Assembly (NCBI GenBank): GCA_050290185.1
Contig: JBNKHE010000001.1
Span: 418,713-482,712 of the forward strand
Source: Pontiella sp.
GTDB lineage: Bacteria > Verrucomicrobiota > Kiritimatiellia > Kiritimatiellales > Pontiellaceae
Length of the DNA: 64,000 nt
Reading direction: 5' to 3'
Below are positions 11,313 to 21,923 of the stretch, one piece after another. A program made the position numbers and the translations under genes. Positions within the stretch are counted from its first letter, which is position 1, and every line of letters begins with the position of its first letter. Below the pieces are notes generated by a model. It had not been told where the DNA came from and made no database searches. It worked only from the letters and a program-made list of their open reading frames with translations.

Positions 11313-13046
11313 ATGTTCCATCTTGACGGAAAAATTAAAATCGCGTCCGGGCAGGCCAGCCGGTCCGGACGGAAGGCATCGAATGAGGATTCGATCGTCG
11401 TCCACGTCCCCGACGACCACCACCTCATGACCCACAAGGGCATCGTGGCGGTCATCGCCGACGGGGTCAGCAGTGCGGACGCAGGCAAGGAAGCGGCGAA
11501 TCTGTGCACCACCCGGTTTGCGGAGGACTACTATGCCAGCCCCGATGTATGGACCACGAAGCACTCTGCACAAAACGTGCTCACCACGCTCAACCGCGAT
11601 CTCTACAACCGGGGCAAGGTCTACCTCAACGCGGAAAAGGGCTATCTGTGCACCCTGAGCATTCTGATCCTGAAATCGCATACCGCGCACCTGTTCCATA
11701 TTGGCGACACCCGTATCTATCGCCTGCGCGCCGGAAAGCTCGATCCGCTGACCACCGATCACAGCGTTCGCGTCAGCGAACAGCAATGCTATCTTGCCCG
11801 TGCCATGGGGCTCGACAACCAGGCGCGCATCGACTACTCGACCGCGGATGTACAGGATGATGACATCTTCCTGTTGACCTCCGACGGCATCCACGACCAT
11901 GTCGACAAAACCCGGGTCGCCACCCTGATCGAGTCCAACCGCGGAGACCTCCAGCACGGATGCGACATGCTCGTGCAGGAAGCCTACGACATGAACAGCA
12001 AGGACAACCTGAGCTGTATTGCGATCAGAATCCTGGCCTTGCCGGAAAATGCGCGTGACGAGGTTGACCAGCGCCTGACACAACTGCCCTTCCCTCCTCC
12101 ACTGAAAACCGGCGACCGGATTGATGGCTACCGGGTGCTCGAAGAACTCCATGCCACCAGCCGCAGCCAGGTCTACCGGGTCGAGGACGAGGACAACGGC
12201 CGGCACTATGCCATGAAAACGCCGTCACCCAACTACGAGGACGATGACGCCTACATCGAGCGGTTCGTGATGGAGAGCTGGATCGGAACCCGCATCGACT
12301 GCCCCAACGTCGCCCGGGTGATCGATCAGCAGCGCCCGCGCAGCAGCCTGTACTACCTCAGCGAATACGTCGGCGGCATTCCGCTGTCGCTATGGGAGGA
12401 ACAAAACCACCATCCCCAGATGCAGGCCGTTCGCGAGATTGCCGTACAGCTGGTGAAGGGATTGCGCGCCTTCCATCGCAAGGAAATCCTCCATCAGGAT
12501 CTTAAGCCTGACAATATCCTGATCGACGCCCACGGACGGGTAAAGATCGTCGACTTCGGCTCCTGCCGTGTGGCAGGCTTCGAGGAAATATGCGGCCCTA
12601 TCGAACGCGACCTGATCCTCGGAACCGTCGATTATGCCGCGCCGGAATACCAGCTGCGCCTGCCCTCCGGGACCTGGTCGGACCTGTTCAGTCTGGGATG
12701 CATCCTCTATTTCCTGCTGACCGGTGAACATCCCTACGGACCTAAATTTTCCAAATGCCGCAAACTCTCCGAGTTCGCCCAGCTCCAGTACCGTCCGGCC
12801 TACCACTTCAACCCGGATGTGCCTATCTGGGTCGATGGAGCATTGGAGAAAGCGGTGAAGGTGAATACCGAGGAACGTTACGAAGCGCACTCCAAGTTCA
12901 TGGCGGACCTGAACAAGCCCAACCCCGAATTTTCAGATCGCACACGCACTCCCATCATGGAGCGAAACCCCGTGCTCTTCTGGAAGATCGTATCGGGCCT
13001 GCTGGCCCTGATGGTGGGTGTCCTGCTCCTTATTCTGGCGCACTAG
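11313..13046 (+). CDS. Bifunctional PP2C phosphatase / Ser-Thr kinase with C-terminal TM anchor
   Basis: NED, IADGV, GDTR, SDG, DN (PP2C); HQDLKPDN, DFG, APE (kinase). Confidence 0.92.
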   Translation: MFHLDGKIKIASGQASRSGRKASNEDSIVVHVPDDHHLMTHKGIVAVIADGVSSADAGKEAANLCTTRFAEDYYASPDVWTTKHSAQNVLTTLNRDLYNRGKVYLNAEKGYLCTLSILILKSHTAHLFHIGDTRIYRLRAGKLDPLTTDHSVRVSEQQCYLARAMGLDNQARIDYSTADVQDDDIFLLTSDGIHDHVDKTRVATLIESNRGDLQHGCDMLVQEAYDMNSKDNLSCIAIRILALPENARDEVDQRLTQLPFPPPLKTGDRIDGYRVLEELHATSRSQVYRVEDEDNGRHYAMKTPSPNYEDDDAYIERFVMESWIGTRIDCPNVARVIDQQRPRSSLYYLSEYVGGIPLSLWEEQNHHPQMQAVREIAVQLVKGLRAFHRKEILHQDLKPDNILIDAHGRVKIVDFGSCRVAGFEEICGPIERDLILGTVDYAAPEYQLRLPSGTWSDLFSLGCILYFLLTGEHPYGPKFSKCRKLSEFAQLQYRPAYHFNPDVPIWVDGALEKAVKVNTEERYEAHSKFMADLNKPNPEFSDRTRTPIMERNPVLFWKIVSGLLALMVGVLLLILAH

Positions 13047-13121
13047 CACAACCGGGGATTTTACGCCTGTCCGTGACTGGCCCCAGGCGGCCCGGGAACA
13101 TCCCCCTGCCGGTTTCACCCA

Positions 13122-15200
13122 TCATCGCTTTTCCAGCAGGACGGCCCCGCTCTTGTAGGTGGGCTGGAAGGATTCCGGATCAAACGAAGGCAACGTCAAC
13201 CGATTGGTGTCTTCATAGTGCATCGGCAGGAAAACATGGCACCTGGCCATGCCATCCTCAAGAACAGCGATCGCCGGGATCTCCCCGCGCTTCGAACAGA
13301 CGGAAACGGTGTCGCCCTGCTGGATACCGAGTTCGGCGGCATCCAGCGGATTGATTTCCACATACAGTTCTTCGGGCGCCATGCGCCGCAACTTCTCCAC
13401 CTTGCCCGTTCGGCTAAGCGTATGCCATTGCGCCACCGAACCGCGCCCGGTGATGAGCCAAAACGGATAGTCGGCAGAACACTGCTCTTCCGGCTCAGTA
13501 GGTTCGGTGCAGACGAAACGCGCTTTGCCGTCCTGATGAAAAAACCGATGATCGCCAAACAACCGCCGATGGTTGTCTTCCAGGATCGCCCCGGCGGGAA
13601 ACGGCCACTGAATCCCGCCGGCCTGCTCAAGATGCCCATAGCCTTCTATCCCGGTGATATCGCAAGGTTGCCCGGCAGAAATTTTCTGTAGCAACCGGAA
13701 TACGCTTTCCGGATTCTGCCACTCGTCGATCCATTGCCCGCACCCCCATACCTTGGCAATACGCAGGAAGATATCGAAATCCGGCAGGGCCTGTCCCGGC
13801 GGCTCGCACACCTTCCGCACCACGCCGATTCTGCGTTCGGAGTTAATGAAAGTGCCCTCCTTCTCGCTCGAGGCGGCCGCCGGCAGGTACAGATCGGCCA
13901 TCCGGGCCGTCGCCGTGTCGGGATAAATATCCTGCACCACCAGAAAATCCAGCTCCTTGACGATCTCCTCAAATTCGTTCAAGTCGATCCACGTATGGGC
14001 CGGATTGGTGCCTACGATCCACAGCCCCTTGATCACCCCGTTCCGAACCTGTTCGAGGATCTTGTGGTAGGGCAGACTGGACTGGCCGGAAATGCGGCTG
14101 TCGTTGATGTTAAGGAGTGCCGCCACTTTTCGGCGGTGCCGGCGGTCCTCGAAGTCATGCCCGCCGAAGAGATTGGTGGTGTTTGCAAAAAGGCGCGAGC
14201 CCATCGCATTGCACTGCCCGGTGATGGAATTCGCACCGGTTCCCGGTTTGCCTATGTTTCCGGTCATAAGCGCAAGGTTGATGATGGCCTCGGAGGTCTT
14301 TACCCCCTGATGGCTCTGGTTCACCCCCATGGACCACCAGAACGATACACGCTTTCCTTCATGTATGAGCTGTGCAAATTCCTCGATCTGCTCAACCGTC
14401 AGGCCGCATTGATCCGCAACGTGCTTCACGGGGTATTCCGCCACATGGGCGCGGTAGACCGGAAACCCGACGGTATGCCGTTCAATGAAATCGGGATCAA
14501 TCCATCCCCGCTCAATCAAGATATTGGACACCGCGTACAGGAACAGTAAATCGGTCTTGGGTTGCAGCGCAATGTGATGGGACGCCGCCTGGGCTGTTTT
14601 GGTCCTGCGCGGATCGACCACGATCACCTTCGGCTTTTTGCGATTGCTTCGAATCCGGCTCCAAAGAAGAGGATGGGCGACAATGGGATTTGCCCCGATA
14701 AACACAACGACATCCGATTCTTCCAGATCGTTGCAGGCGTAGGGCGGTGCATCGAAACCAAACGCCTGCTTGTAGGCCACCGAGGCCGAAGCCATGCACT
14801 GTCGCGTGTTCCCGTCGCCATGCACCATCCCCATGCCGAACTTGGCCACGGCACCCAGCAGCGCCATCTCCTCGGTGGTGATCTGTCCTGTACTGAGAAA
14901 GGCGACGCTCTCCGGCCCCCATTCCGCCATGATCTCCTTCATGCGGGAAGAAAATACCTCGACGGCTTCATCCCATTCCACCGGTTTGAATCCTTTTTCA
15001 GTCCTGAGCAGGGGTTGCGTACCCCGGTCATCCGACAAAAGCGGTTCGATCAGGTTGAGTCCCTTGTCACAGGCCTTCCCGAGATTGACCGGATAATCGG
15101 ACTTGCCCTGAATCTGGATCGCTCCATCCTTCCGGGAAACCTCAAGGGCGCACCCGATCGAGCAATAGCTGCAGATTGTTGTTTTTGGATCTTTAGACAT
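13122..15200 (-). CDS. Nas/NarB-type nitrate reductase catalytic subunit (Mo-bisPGD), copy 1
   Basis: CSYCSIGC...C Fe-S motif, NTRQCMASA, TGQCNAMG, EGTFINSERR; start ATG 15200; no Tat signal. Confidence 0.88.
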   Translation of the reverse strand: MSKDPKTTICSYCSIGCALEVSRKDGAIQIQGKSDYPVNLGKACDKGLNLIEPLLSDDRGTQPLLRTEKGFKPVEWDEAVEVFSSRMKEIMAEWGPESVAFLSTGQITTEEMALLGAVAKFGMGMVHGDGNTRQCMASASVAYKQAFGFDAPPYACNDLEESDVVVFIGANPIVAHPLLWSRIRSNRKKPKVIVVDPRRTKTAQAASHHIALQPKTDLLFLYAVSNILIERGWIDPDFIERHTVGFPVYRAHVAEYPVKHVADQCGLTVEQIEEFAQLIHEGKRVSFWWSMGVNQSHQGVKTSEAIINLALMTGNIGKPGTGANSITGQCNAMGSRLFANTTNLFGGHDFEDRRHRRKVAALLNINDSRISGQSSLPYHKILEQVRNGVIKGLWIVGTNPAHTWIDLNEFEEIVKELDFLVVQDIYPDTATARMADLYLPAAASSEKEGTFINSERRIGVVRKVCEPPGQALPDFDIFLRIAKVWGCGQWIDEWQNPESVFRLLQKISAGQPCDITGIEGYGHLEQAGGIQWPFPAGAILEDNHRRLFGDHRFFHQDGKARFVCTEPTEPEEQCSADYPFWLITGRGSVAQWHTLSRTGKVEKLRRMAPEELYVEINPLDAAELGIQQGDTVSVCSKRGEIPAIAVLEDGMARCHVFLPMHYEDTNRLTLPSFDPESFQPTYKSGAVLLEKR

Positions 15201-15231
15201 GGCGGTTCCGCTTTGATTCGCACGCCTAATG

Positions 15232-15247
15232 AGCATCGAGTGTGCCA
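15232..15247 (-). promoter_or_regulatory. Sigma-54 promoter of nitrate reductase copy 1
   Basis: Reverse strand TGGCAC-ACTCG-ATGCT, ~32 bp upstream of ATG. Confidence 0.72.
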
Positions 15248-15788
15248 TCGACCGGTTCCCCAACCGCAAATTGTGCCCCGTACCGTATTCACAAGGAGAT
15301 AGAGAAGTAGATACAAGGCTTTGCTAACCCTTAGTATATGATCATCTACATCATATTTGTTTGTAAAACACCCTCTCGACCACAATTATGTAAAATAGAA
15401 ACCCAGGCAGCAAACCCTGTAAACCGAGGTTTGGCTTAGCAAATTTTCAGCGGCTAGACACCGAGGGAGCATAGCTTTCGAACTCGAAATCGATTCCGTT
15501 CAAGATCGAACACAGCTCGGCCAAGTGTCCTGCATTTTTTCTTTTCGAGATTTTTTTCCGCAATCGCCTTAGCTCAATAGCATTGCCGCAACCACCGCTT
15601 CACATGGGAAACATAGATGTATTTTTCTTGATTCAAAATTCTATTGATTACATTTTTGAACATGTGATTTTTATGTATATCTAATCTCATTATTAATACA
15701 TTTTTGTGTATATATTTTCCATTTTACACAATATCCGTTTTGCCCCTATCTCTCTCTGCTTTTGCTACTTACAGATATTTAAACACGG

Positions 15789-15804
15789 TGGCACAGCATT
15801 TGCA
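15789..15804 (+). promoter_or_regulatory. Sigma-54 promoter of the nrt operon
   Basis: TGGCAC-AGCAT-TTGCA, perfect consensus. Confidence 0.85.
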
Positions 15805-15875
15805 AATAGGCTCCCAGTAATTCGCGACTATTCCGGTCACGTTATAAATGTTTTAATAAACCCAAACAAAGGAAC

Positions 15876-17246
15876 ATGATGAAAGCTACCAAAAGAACCA
15901 TCCTGAAATCAGGTCTGGCTGCCGCCCTGATTGGCGCCATCCCCGCATTTGGTGCCGTTGACGACAACACCATTCCGTTGGATGTCGAAAAGCCCAATTT
16001 GCATTTCGGCTTCATCAAGCTGACCGACTGCGCTCCGCTGGTGATCGCCAAAGAAAAGGGATTCTTCGAGGCCGAAGGCTTGAACGTCCAGCTGACCGCC
16101 CAGAAGAACTGGGTAATCCTGCTCGACAACGTGATCAAGGGATCGCTTGACGGCGCGCACATGCTGGCCGGACAACCGATCGGAGCCACGGTAGGCGTCA
16201 GCCAGAAGGCCGATATCATCACCGCCTACAGTCTCGACCTCAATGGCAACGGTATCACACTAGCCACCGACATCTGGGAACAGATGAAGAAAAACGTTCC
16301 GGTGGACGCAGACGGCAAGCCGGTCCACCCCATTAGTGCCAGCGCCTTGAAGCCGGTTATCGACAACTGGGAGGGCGACTTCAACCTCGGTATGGTTTTC
16401 CCGGTATCAACCCACAACTATGAAATCCGCTACTGGCTGGCCGCCGGCGGCATCAAGCCCGGCTTCTACACCGAAGCAGATTCCCAGGGCCATACCGGCG
16501 GTGACGTAATCATCTCGCCCAATGCCCCGCCACTGATGCCTTCGTACCTTAACTCGCGCGCCATTCTCGGCTACTGCGTGGGGGAACCCTGGAACCAGAA
16601 GGCCGTATTTGCCGACAAGGAAGGCAAACAGCTCGGCGTTCCCGTGATTACCAACTACGAGATCTGGAAAAACAACCCCGAAAAGGTCTTCGGCGTAACC
16701 AAAGAATGGGCTGAAAAATATCCGCAGACCCACCTGGCCGTACTCAAGGCGCTGATCAGGGCCGGCAAGTGGCTGGATGAATCGATCGAAAACCGCGAGG
16801 AAGCCGTCCAGATCCTGTCCCGCTCGAACTATGTCGGCGCCGAGCCGGAAGTCCTGCGCAACTCGATGACCGGCTCGTTCGTTTACGAGCGCGGTGACCG
16901 GCGCGACATGCCCGACTTCAATGTCTTCTTCCGCTACTACGCGTCCTATCCCTACTACAGCGACTGTGTCTGGTTCCTGACGCAGATGCGCCGCTGGGGC
17001 CAGCTCCGGGATGATAAGCCGGACAGCTGGTACCTCGAAACCGCCAAGGACATCTACCGTCCCGAGCTCTATATGGAAGCCGCACAGCTGCTGATCGAGG
17101 AAGGCAATCTGGCGGAATCCGACATCCCGACCGGCACCGATGGCTTCCGGGCCCCGACCGGCAAGGGCGACTTCATCGACGACAAGGTGTACGACGGCCA
17201 CAAGCCGAACGACTACATCAAGAGCTTCACCATCAGGGCTGAATAA
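15876..17246 (+). CDS. nrtA: NrtA/CmpA-family ABC substrate-binding protein (nitrate/nitrite)
   Basis: [35 protein letters not shown]-terminal signal. Confidence 0.9.
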   Translation: MMKATKRTILKSGLAAALIGAIPAFGAVDDNTIPLDVEKPNLHFGFIKLTDCAPLVIAKEKGFFEAEGLNVQLTAQKNWVILLDNVIKGSLDGAHMLAGQPIGATVGVSQKADIITAYSLDLNGNGITLATDIWEQMKKNVPVDADGKPVHPISASALKPVIDNWEGDFNLGMVFPVSTHNYEIRYWLAAGGIKPGFYTEADSQGHTGGDVIISPNAPPLMPSYLNSRAILGYCVGEPWNQKAVFADKEGKQLGVPVITNYEIWKNNPEKVFGVTKEWAEKYPQTHLAVLKALIRAGKWLDESIENREEAVQILSRSNYVGAEPEVLRNSMTGSFVYERGDRRDMPDFNVFFRYYASYPYYSDCVWFLTQMRRWGQLRDDKPDSWYLETAKDIYRPELYMEAAQLLIEEGNLAESDIPTGTDGFRAPTGKGDFIDDKVYDGHKPNDYIKSFTIRAE

Positions 17247-17263
17247 TCTCTCCCCGACCCATG

Positions 17264-17307
17264 CCGGGCCAATCCCGCTTCTCTCTCCTCCGGCGGGATT
17301 GGCCCGG
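17264..17307 (+). other. GC-rich stem-loop between nrtA and nrtB
   Basis: CCGGGCCAATCCCGC/GCGGGATTGGCCCGG stem, pyrimidine loop TTCTCTCTCCTCC. Confidence 0.7.
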
Positions 17308-17324
17308 TGAATAAAAAATAGAGG

Positions 17325-18719
17325 ATGCAACACACCATGCAGAAATTACTCAACTTTTCTGAAAAGACCGGTCTCACCCTGCTGATTCCGATCATTAAAA
17401 TGATCATGAAGGACGAGCCTGAAAAACAGCTCGGCGAGCTGCTCAAGCTGTTACTGCTGCCGATCGTTGGACTCGCCATTTTCTTCGGACTCTGGGGCTT
17501 TGCCTCCACCAGGATCAGCACCAGCGTCGGAGCCCTGCCTTCCCCGGCCTACGTCTGGAGCCAGGCCAAGGCCATGGTGGGCGACGCCCGGGCCGAAAAG
17601 GTGAACAAGAAGGAGTTCGAACGTTACGAGAATGCACGCGCCACCCTATCCGGCCTATTCGAAAAACGCCGCGAACTGGAAGCTGCCGGTGCATCGGCGG
17701 CCACGCTCAAGAAACTCGACGACAAGCGGGCTGACTTCACAAACGATCTTCAGGCGTATGTAGACAAGCTTGGCACCCGCATCGAAACTCTGACCACCCA
17801 GGTGGCGGATGCAGACAAGGCCGCCGAGGAGGCCGGCATTACCGACCGCCGCATCGCCCCCTACAAAACCACCGTCATCCGGGTCTACAAGGACAGCCAC
17901 CATTCACTCGCCAGCCTGCTCAGCAAGAACAAGAAAATATCCGACTGCATTGCCGGCATGGAAACCGCCACCGAAGCCAAGGCGGCAACCCTGGAGAAGC
18001 GGCGCCATGCCTATGAAACCCAGCTCAGCAAACCGCTCGACTACAGCGGAAACGGTTCGATTCTCGACTATGTCAAGCGCAGCATCATTACCGTCATCTT
18101 CGGATTCTTCCTCGCGGCCGTCGTAGCCATCCCGCTCGGCATCCTCTGCGGGCTCAGCAAAAACTTCATGACAGCCGTCAACCCGCTCATCCAGATTTTC
18201 CGGCCCGTATCGCCGCTGGCCTGGGTACTCATCACGATTCAGATCGTCGATGGCATTTTTGTGGGCGACAAGGCCCTCAACGGGGAATTGATCAACAATC
18301 CGTTCCTGCATTCCGCCATCACCGTCGCGCTCTGTTCGCTGTGGGCCACCTTGAGCAACACCGCCCTGGGCGTATCGTCGGTCAGTACGGATTACATGAA
18401 CGTTGCAAAGGTGCTTAAGCTCAGCTGGATTGACCGCATCACCAAAATTGTAATCCCATCTGCCGTACCCTACATCTTCACCGGTCTGCGCATCACACTC
18501 GGCGTCGGCTGGATGGTGTTGATTGTCTCGGAAATGATGGCCACCTCGCGCGGGCTTGGCTGGTATATCGACCAGCAGTACCAGAACAACAAGGTCGAAT
18601 CGCTCGCCAACATTATTGTCTGCATCTTTATCATCGGGATCATCGGGGCCATCCTCGACCGGATCATGTTCATCCTGCACAAGACGGTCAGCTTCAACGA
18701 CGACGAGGTGTCAGCGTGA
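17325..18719 (+). CDS. nrtB: NrtB-type ABC permease with a large extra soluble insert
   Basis: NPLIQIFRPVSPLAW, FTGLRITLGVGWMVLIVSEM; ~150-aa charged helical insert after LPSP. Confidence 0.88.
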   Translation: MQHTMQKLLNFSEKTGLTLLIPIIKMIMKDEPEKQLGELLKLLLLPIVGLAIFFGLWGFASTRISTSVGALPSPAYVWSQAKAMVGDARAEKVNKKEFERYENARATLSGLFEKRRELEAAGASAATLKKLDDKRADFTNDLQAYVDKLGTRIETLTTQVADADKAAEEAGITDRRIAPYKTTVIRVYKDSHHSLASLLSKNKKISDCIAGMETATEAKAATLEKRRHAYETQLSKPLDYSGNGSILDYVKRSIITVIFGFFLAAVVAIPLGILCGLSKNFMTAVNPLIQIFRPVSPLAWVLITIQIVDGIFVGDKALNGELINNPFLHSAITVALCSLWATLSNTALGVSSVSTDYMNVAKVLKLSWIDRITKIVIPSAVPYIFTGLRITLGVGWMVLIVSEMMATSRGLGWYIDQQYQNNKVESLANIIVCIFIIGIIGAILDRIMFILHKTVSFNDDEVSA

Positions 18720-18773
18720 CGATTGAAACGTGAGGCGTGATCAATTCACGTTTCACGGATCACTTTTCACGAA
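18716..18773. repeat. 7-nt-period palindromic intergenic element overlapping the nrtB stop
   Basis: GTGACGATTGAAACGTGAGGCGTGA-TCAAT-TCACGTTTCACGGATCACTTTTCACG. Confidence 0.7.
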
Positions 18774-18786
18774 TAAAGGAACTTTT

Positions 18787-19656
18787 ATGAGCACAGTATT
18801 GGAAGTCAAGAACGTCAATAAGAACTTCGGCAACAACGGTCATACGGCCGAGGTGCTGCACGACATCAACCTGAGCCTCGACAAGGGTGAATTCGTAGCC
18901 ATTGTCGGCTTTTCAGGAACCGGAAAAACCACGTTGATCAACCTGCTCGGCGGCTTGGAAAAACCCACATCCGGCGAGGTGCTTTGCAAGGGCAAACCCG
19001 TCACCGGACCAGGTCCTGAACGCGGCATCATCTTTCAGAACTACTCATTGATGCCGTGGCTCACCGTGCGCGGAAATGTTGCCGTGGCGGTTCACGAAAC
19101 CCGCAAGGATCTACCCGTGGCCAAACGTAAAAAAGTGGTCGAAAAATATGTGGAAATGGTCAACCTCACCCCCGCCATCGATAAACGGCCCGGCGAACTT
19201 TCGGGTGGCATGCGTCAGCGCGTATCCGTGGCACGCGCGCTATCGATGAACCCCGAAATCCTACTGATGGACGAACCGCTCAGCGCCCTCGATGCCCTGA
19301 CCCGCGCCGTGCTGCAGGATCAGATTCTCGAAATCTGGCGAAAGGAAAAAAAGACTGTCGTGCTCATCACCAACGATGTCGATGAAGGCATCATGATGGC
19401 CGACCGCATCATTCCGCTGAACATGGGCCCGAAGGCCACGCTCGGACCTTCCTTTCCGGTGGACATCGAACGTCCGCGCAACCGCAAGACCATGAACCAT
19501 GATCCGCACTTCAAGCGCATTCGAAACGACGTGAACTTCTACCTCAACGAACAGCGCCGCAAGCACAAGGAGATCGCCGACCTGACCAGCAAGCCCGCCA
19601 CGGTCCTACCGGACATCCAGCCCGCGCACATGAACAAGGAATTTGCATGGAGATAA
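18787..19656 (+). CDS. Nitrate ABC transporter ATPase 1
   Basis: GFSGTGKT, LSGGMRQR, MDEP; start ATG 18787. Confidence 0.92.
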   Translation: MSTVLEVKNVNKNFGNNGHTAEVLHDINLSLDKGEFVAIVGFSGTGKTTLINLLGGLEKPTSGEVLCKGKPVTGPGPERGIIFQNYSLMPWLTVRGNVAVAVHETRKDLPVAKRKKVVEKYVEMVNLTPAIDKRPGELSGGMRQRVSVARALSMNPEILLMDEPLSALDALTRAVLQDQILEIWRKEKKTVVLITNDVDEGIMMADRIIPLNMGPKATLGPSFPVDIERPRNRKTMNHDPHFKRIRNDVNFYLNEQRRKHKEIADLTSKPATVLPDIQPAHMNKEFAWR

Positions 19657-19767
19657 CGAAACGTGAAAATTTTTACAGGTGGAGAACATATGAAAAGAAT
19701 AATCACGACTCAACCGTCACTCATCACGAACCTAAAACCTAATACTTAGCACTTAATACTGAACACT
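19657..19767. repeat. Degenerate 7-nt-period element
   Basis: TCACGACTCAACCGTCACTCATCACG then CCTAAAACCTAATACTTAGCACTTAATACT. Confidence 0.55.
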
Positions 19768-19772
19768 CCCCT

Positions 19773-20597
19773 ATGAAATCCTACATCCATACCCACTATC
19801 TGGATCTTGTGAACCTCTGCAAGATATACCCCACCAAGAAGGGGCCGTTCACCGTTCTGGAAGAATTCAATCTCCAGGTGGTCGAAGGCGAGTTTGTCTG
19901 CCTCATCGGCCACAGCGGTTGCGGCAAGTCCACCATCCTCACGATGGTGGCCGGACTGAACGAAATCAGCAAAGGCAATGTATCCCTGGCCGGACATGAA
20001 ATCGATGGCGCCGGCCCCGAACGCGCCGTGGTCTTCCAGTCCCCCAGTCTGTTGCCCTGGCTGACGGCCTACGAAAATGTCATGCTCGGCGTGAAGCAGG
20101 CGTTTTCCGATGCGACCAAGAAACAGCGCGACCAGATCGTGCGCTACTATCTCGAATCGGTCGGGCTCGGCGATAACATGGACAAGAAGCCCACCGAACT
20201 TTCGCAGGGCATGTGCCAGCGCGTCGGCATCGCTCGCGCCTTTGCCTTAAAACCCAAGCTGATGATCCTCGACGAACCGCTCGGCATGCTCGACGCGCTC
20301 ACCAAGCAGGAATTGCAGGATCTGTTCGTCAAGCTCCACGCCGAACACCAGCTTACCACCCTGATGGTGACCCATGATGTCGACGAGGCGCTCTACCTCT
20401 CCGATCGCGTCGTGATGATGACCAACGGACCGAATGCGACGCTCGGCGACATTCTCGAGAATACCCTGCCGCGCCCCCGCATCCGCGAAGAGATCATGGC
20501 CCACCCGGACTATTACAAACACCGCGATTACCTCATCGATTTTCTGGAAGATCAGGATCATCAGGCTGAGTTGAAAAAAACCGGAACCGAAGACTAA
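19773..20597 (+). CDS. Nitrate ABC transporter ATPase 2 (NrtD-like)
   Basis: GHSGCGKST, LSQGM, LDEP, THDVDEA, MMTNGP. Confidence 0.92.
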   Translation: MKSYIHTHYLDLVNLCKIYPTKKGPFTVLEEFNLQVVEGEFVCLIGHSGCGKSTILTMVAGLNEISKGNVSLAGHEIDGAGPERAVVFQSPSLLPWLTAYENVMLGVKQAFSDATKKQRDQIVRYYLESVGLGDNMDKKPTELSQGMCQRVGIARAFALKPKLMILDEPLGMLDALTKQELQDLFVKLHAEHQLTTLMVTHDVDEALYLSDRVVMMTNGPNATLGDILENTLPRPRIREEIMAHPDYYKHRDYLIDFLEDQDHQAELKKTGTED

Positions 20598-20626
20598 CAC
20601 GTTCAAACCAAAGGAGAACCTAACCA

Positions 20627-21856
20627 ATGAATACCAAAACCCGCATCGTAATTGCTGCAGCAACTCTTGGACTGGCATCTGCCGGACACGCCGAAAACGG
20701 CGTTGAGTTGTTCCAGAGCATCATGTCGCAGACCAACAACACGCTTATTCCAATGCTGGATTGGCGCGCCCGTTATGAATATGGCGACCAGGACAATCTC
20801 GAATCCGCGCATGCCGCTACACTGCGGGCCCGCATAGGATTGCAGTCGCAGGACTACAGCGGATTCAGCGGACTCGTTGAATTCGAGGCCACCCGGGCCA
20901 TCGACTCGACGGGCTACCGCGCCGCCAACGTGCATGGCGATCCGGCCAGGACCGTCATTGCCGATCCGGAAAGTACGGAACTCAACCGCGCCCAGCTGCA
21001 GTTCAGCCGCAACAACAACCTGCTGATCGGTGGCCGCCAGCGCATCATCCTCGACAATGCCCGCTTCATCGGAAACGTCGGCTGGAGACAGAACGAACAG
21101 ACCTATGACGGGGTGTCCTACAAAAACACCATGGTTGAAGATCTGTCGTTGTACTATGCCTATCTATCCCGCGTGAACCGCATCTTCGGATCCGATGCAC
21201 CCAAGGGCACGGGCACGGACGATTTCGATTCTGATTCGCAGTTGATCAACGTGGCCTACAGCGGACTCGAAGGGCAGAAGCTCGCCGCCTATGCCTACCT
21301 GCTCGACTTCGACAACTCCGCCGCCAACTCCTGCAACACGTACGGCATCAGCTATGCCATAAAAGGCAAGGTGGCCGAGGATTACGCGCTCAACGGGTAT
21401 GCTGAGTTTGCCTACCAGGAAGGCGCTGGAGACAACATCGATTATTCCGCTCCCTACCTGCACCTGAACGGAAAGGTTGCCCGCAAGGGCTATTTCGCCC
21501 TGCTGGGATACGAACTGCTCGGCTCCGACGACGGCATGATCGGCTTCAAAACGCCGCTGGCTACCGCACATGCGTTCAACGGCTGGAACGACCAGTTCCT
21601 GGGAACGCCGGCGAATGGCCTGCAGGATCTCTACCTCGGGTTCGGCCTTCCCGTACCGAAGGTTCCGGTGAAGTTCTTCTACCACAAGTTTTCCTCGGAT
21701 GAAAATTCCATGGACTACGGGCAGGAATTCGATGCCGTGGCGGTGCATAAGATCAGCCCGAAAATGAAGGCCATTGCCAAGGCTTCCTACTACGATGCGG
21801 ACGAATTCAGCGTCAACCGCACCCGTTTTTCAGTGGAACTGGATTATAAATATTAA
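20627..21856 (+). CDS. Alginate-export-family outer-membrane beta-barrel (likely nitrate/nitrite porin)
   Basis: Signal peptide, GRQRI..DN.RFIGNVGWRQNEQTYD, terminal aromatic residue (LDYKY). Confidence 0.8.
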   Translation: MNTKTRIVIAAATLGLASAGHAENGVELFQSIMSQTNNTLIPMLDWRARYEYGDQDNLESAHAATLRARIGLQSQDYSGFSGLVEFEATRAIDSTGYRAANVHGDPARTVIADPESTELNRAQLQFSRNNNLLIGGRQRIILDNARFIGNVGWRQNEQTYDGVSYKNTMVEDLSLYYAYLSRVNRIFGSDAPKGTGTDDFDSDSQLINVAYSGLEGQKLAAYAYLLDFDNSAANSCNTYGISYAIKGKVAEDYALNGYAEFAYQEGAGDNIDYSAPYLHLNGKVARKGYFALLGYELLGSDDGMIGFKTPLATAHAFNGWNDQFLGTPANGLQDLYLGFGLPVPKVPVKFFYHKFSSDENSMDYGQEFDAVAVHKISPKMKAIAKASYYDADEFSVNRTRFSVELDYKY

Positions 21857-21923
21857 TCTCCTTCTAATCCACTCGGCCGGCGGCGAGGATGCGCCGCCGG
21901 CCACCTCTTAAAAACGGCAACCC

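Noticed and set aside
15270..15780. AT-rich stretch as foreign DNA or a hidden gene
   Set aside because: No credible ORF; consistent with divergent sigma-54 regulatory DNA
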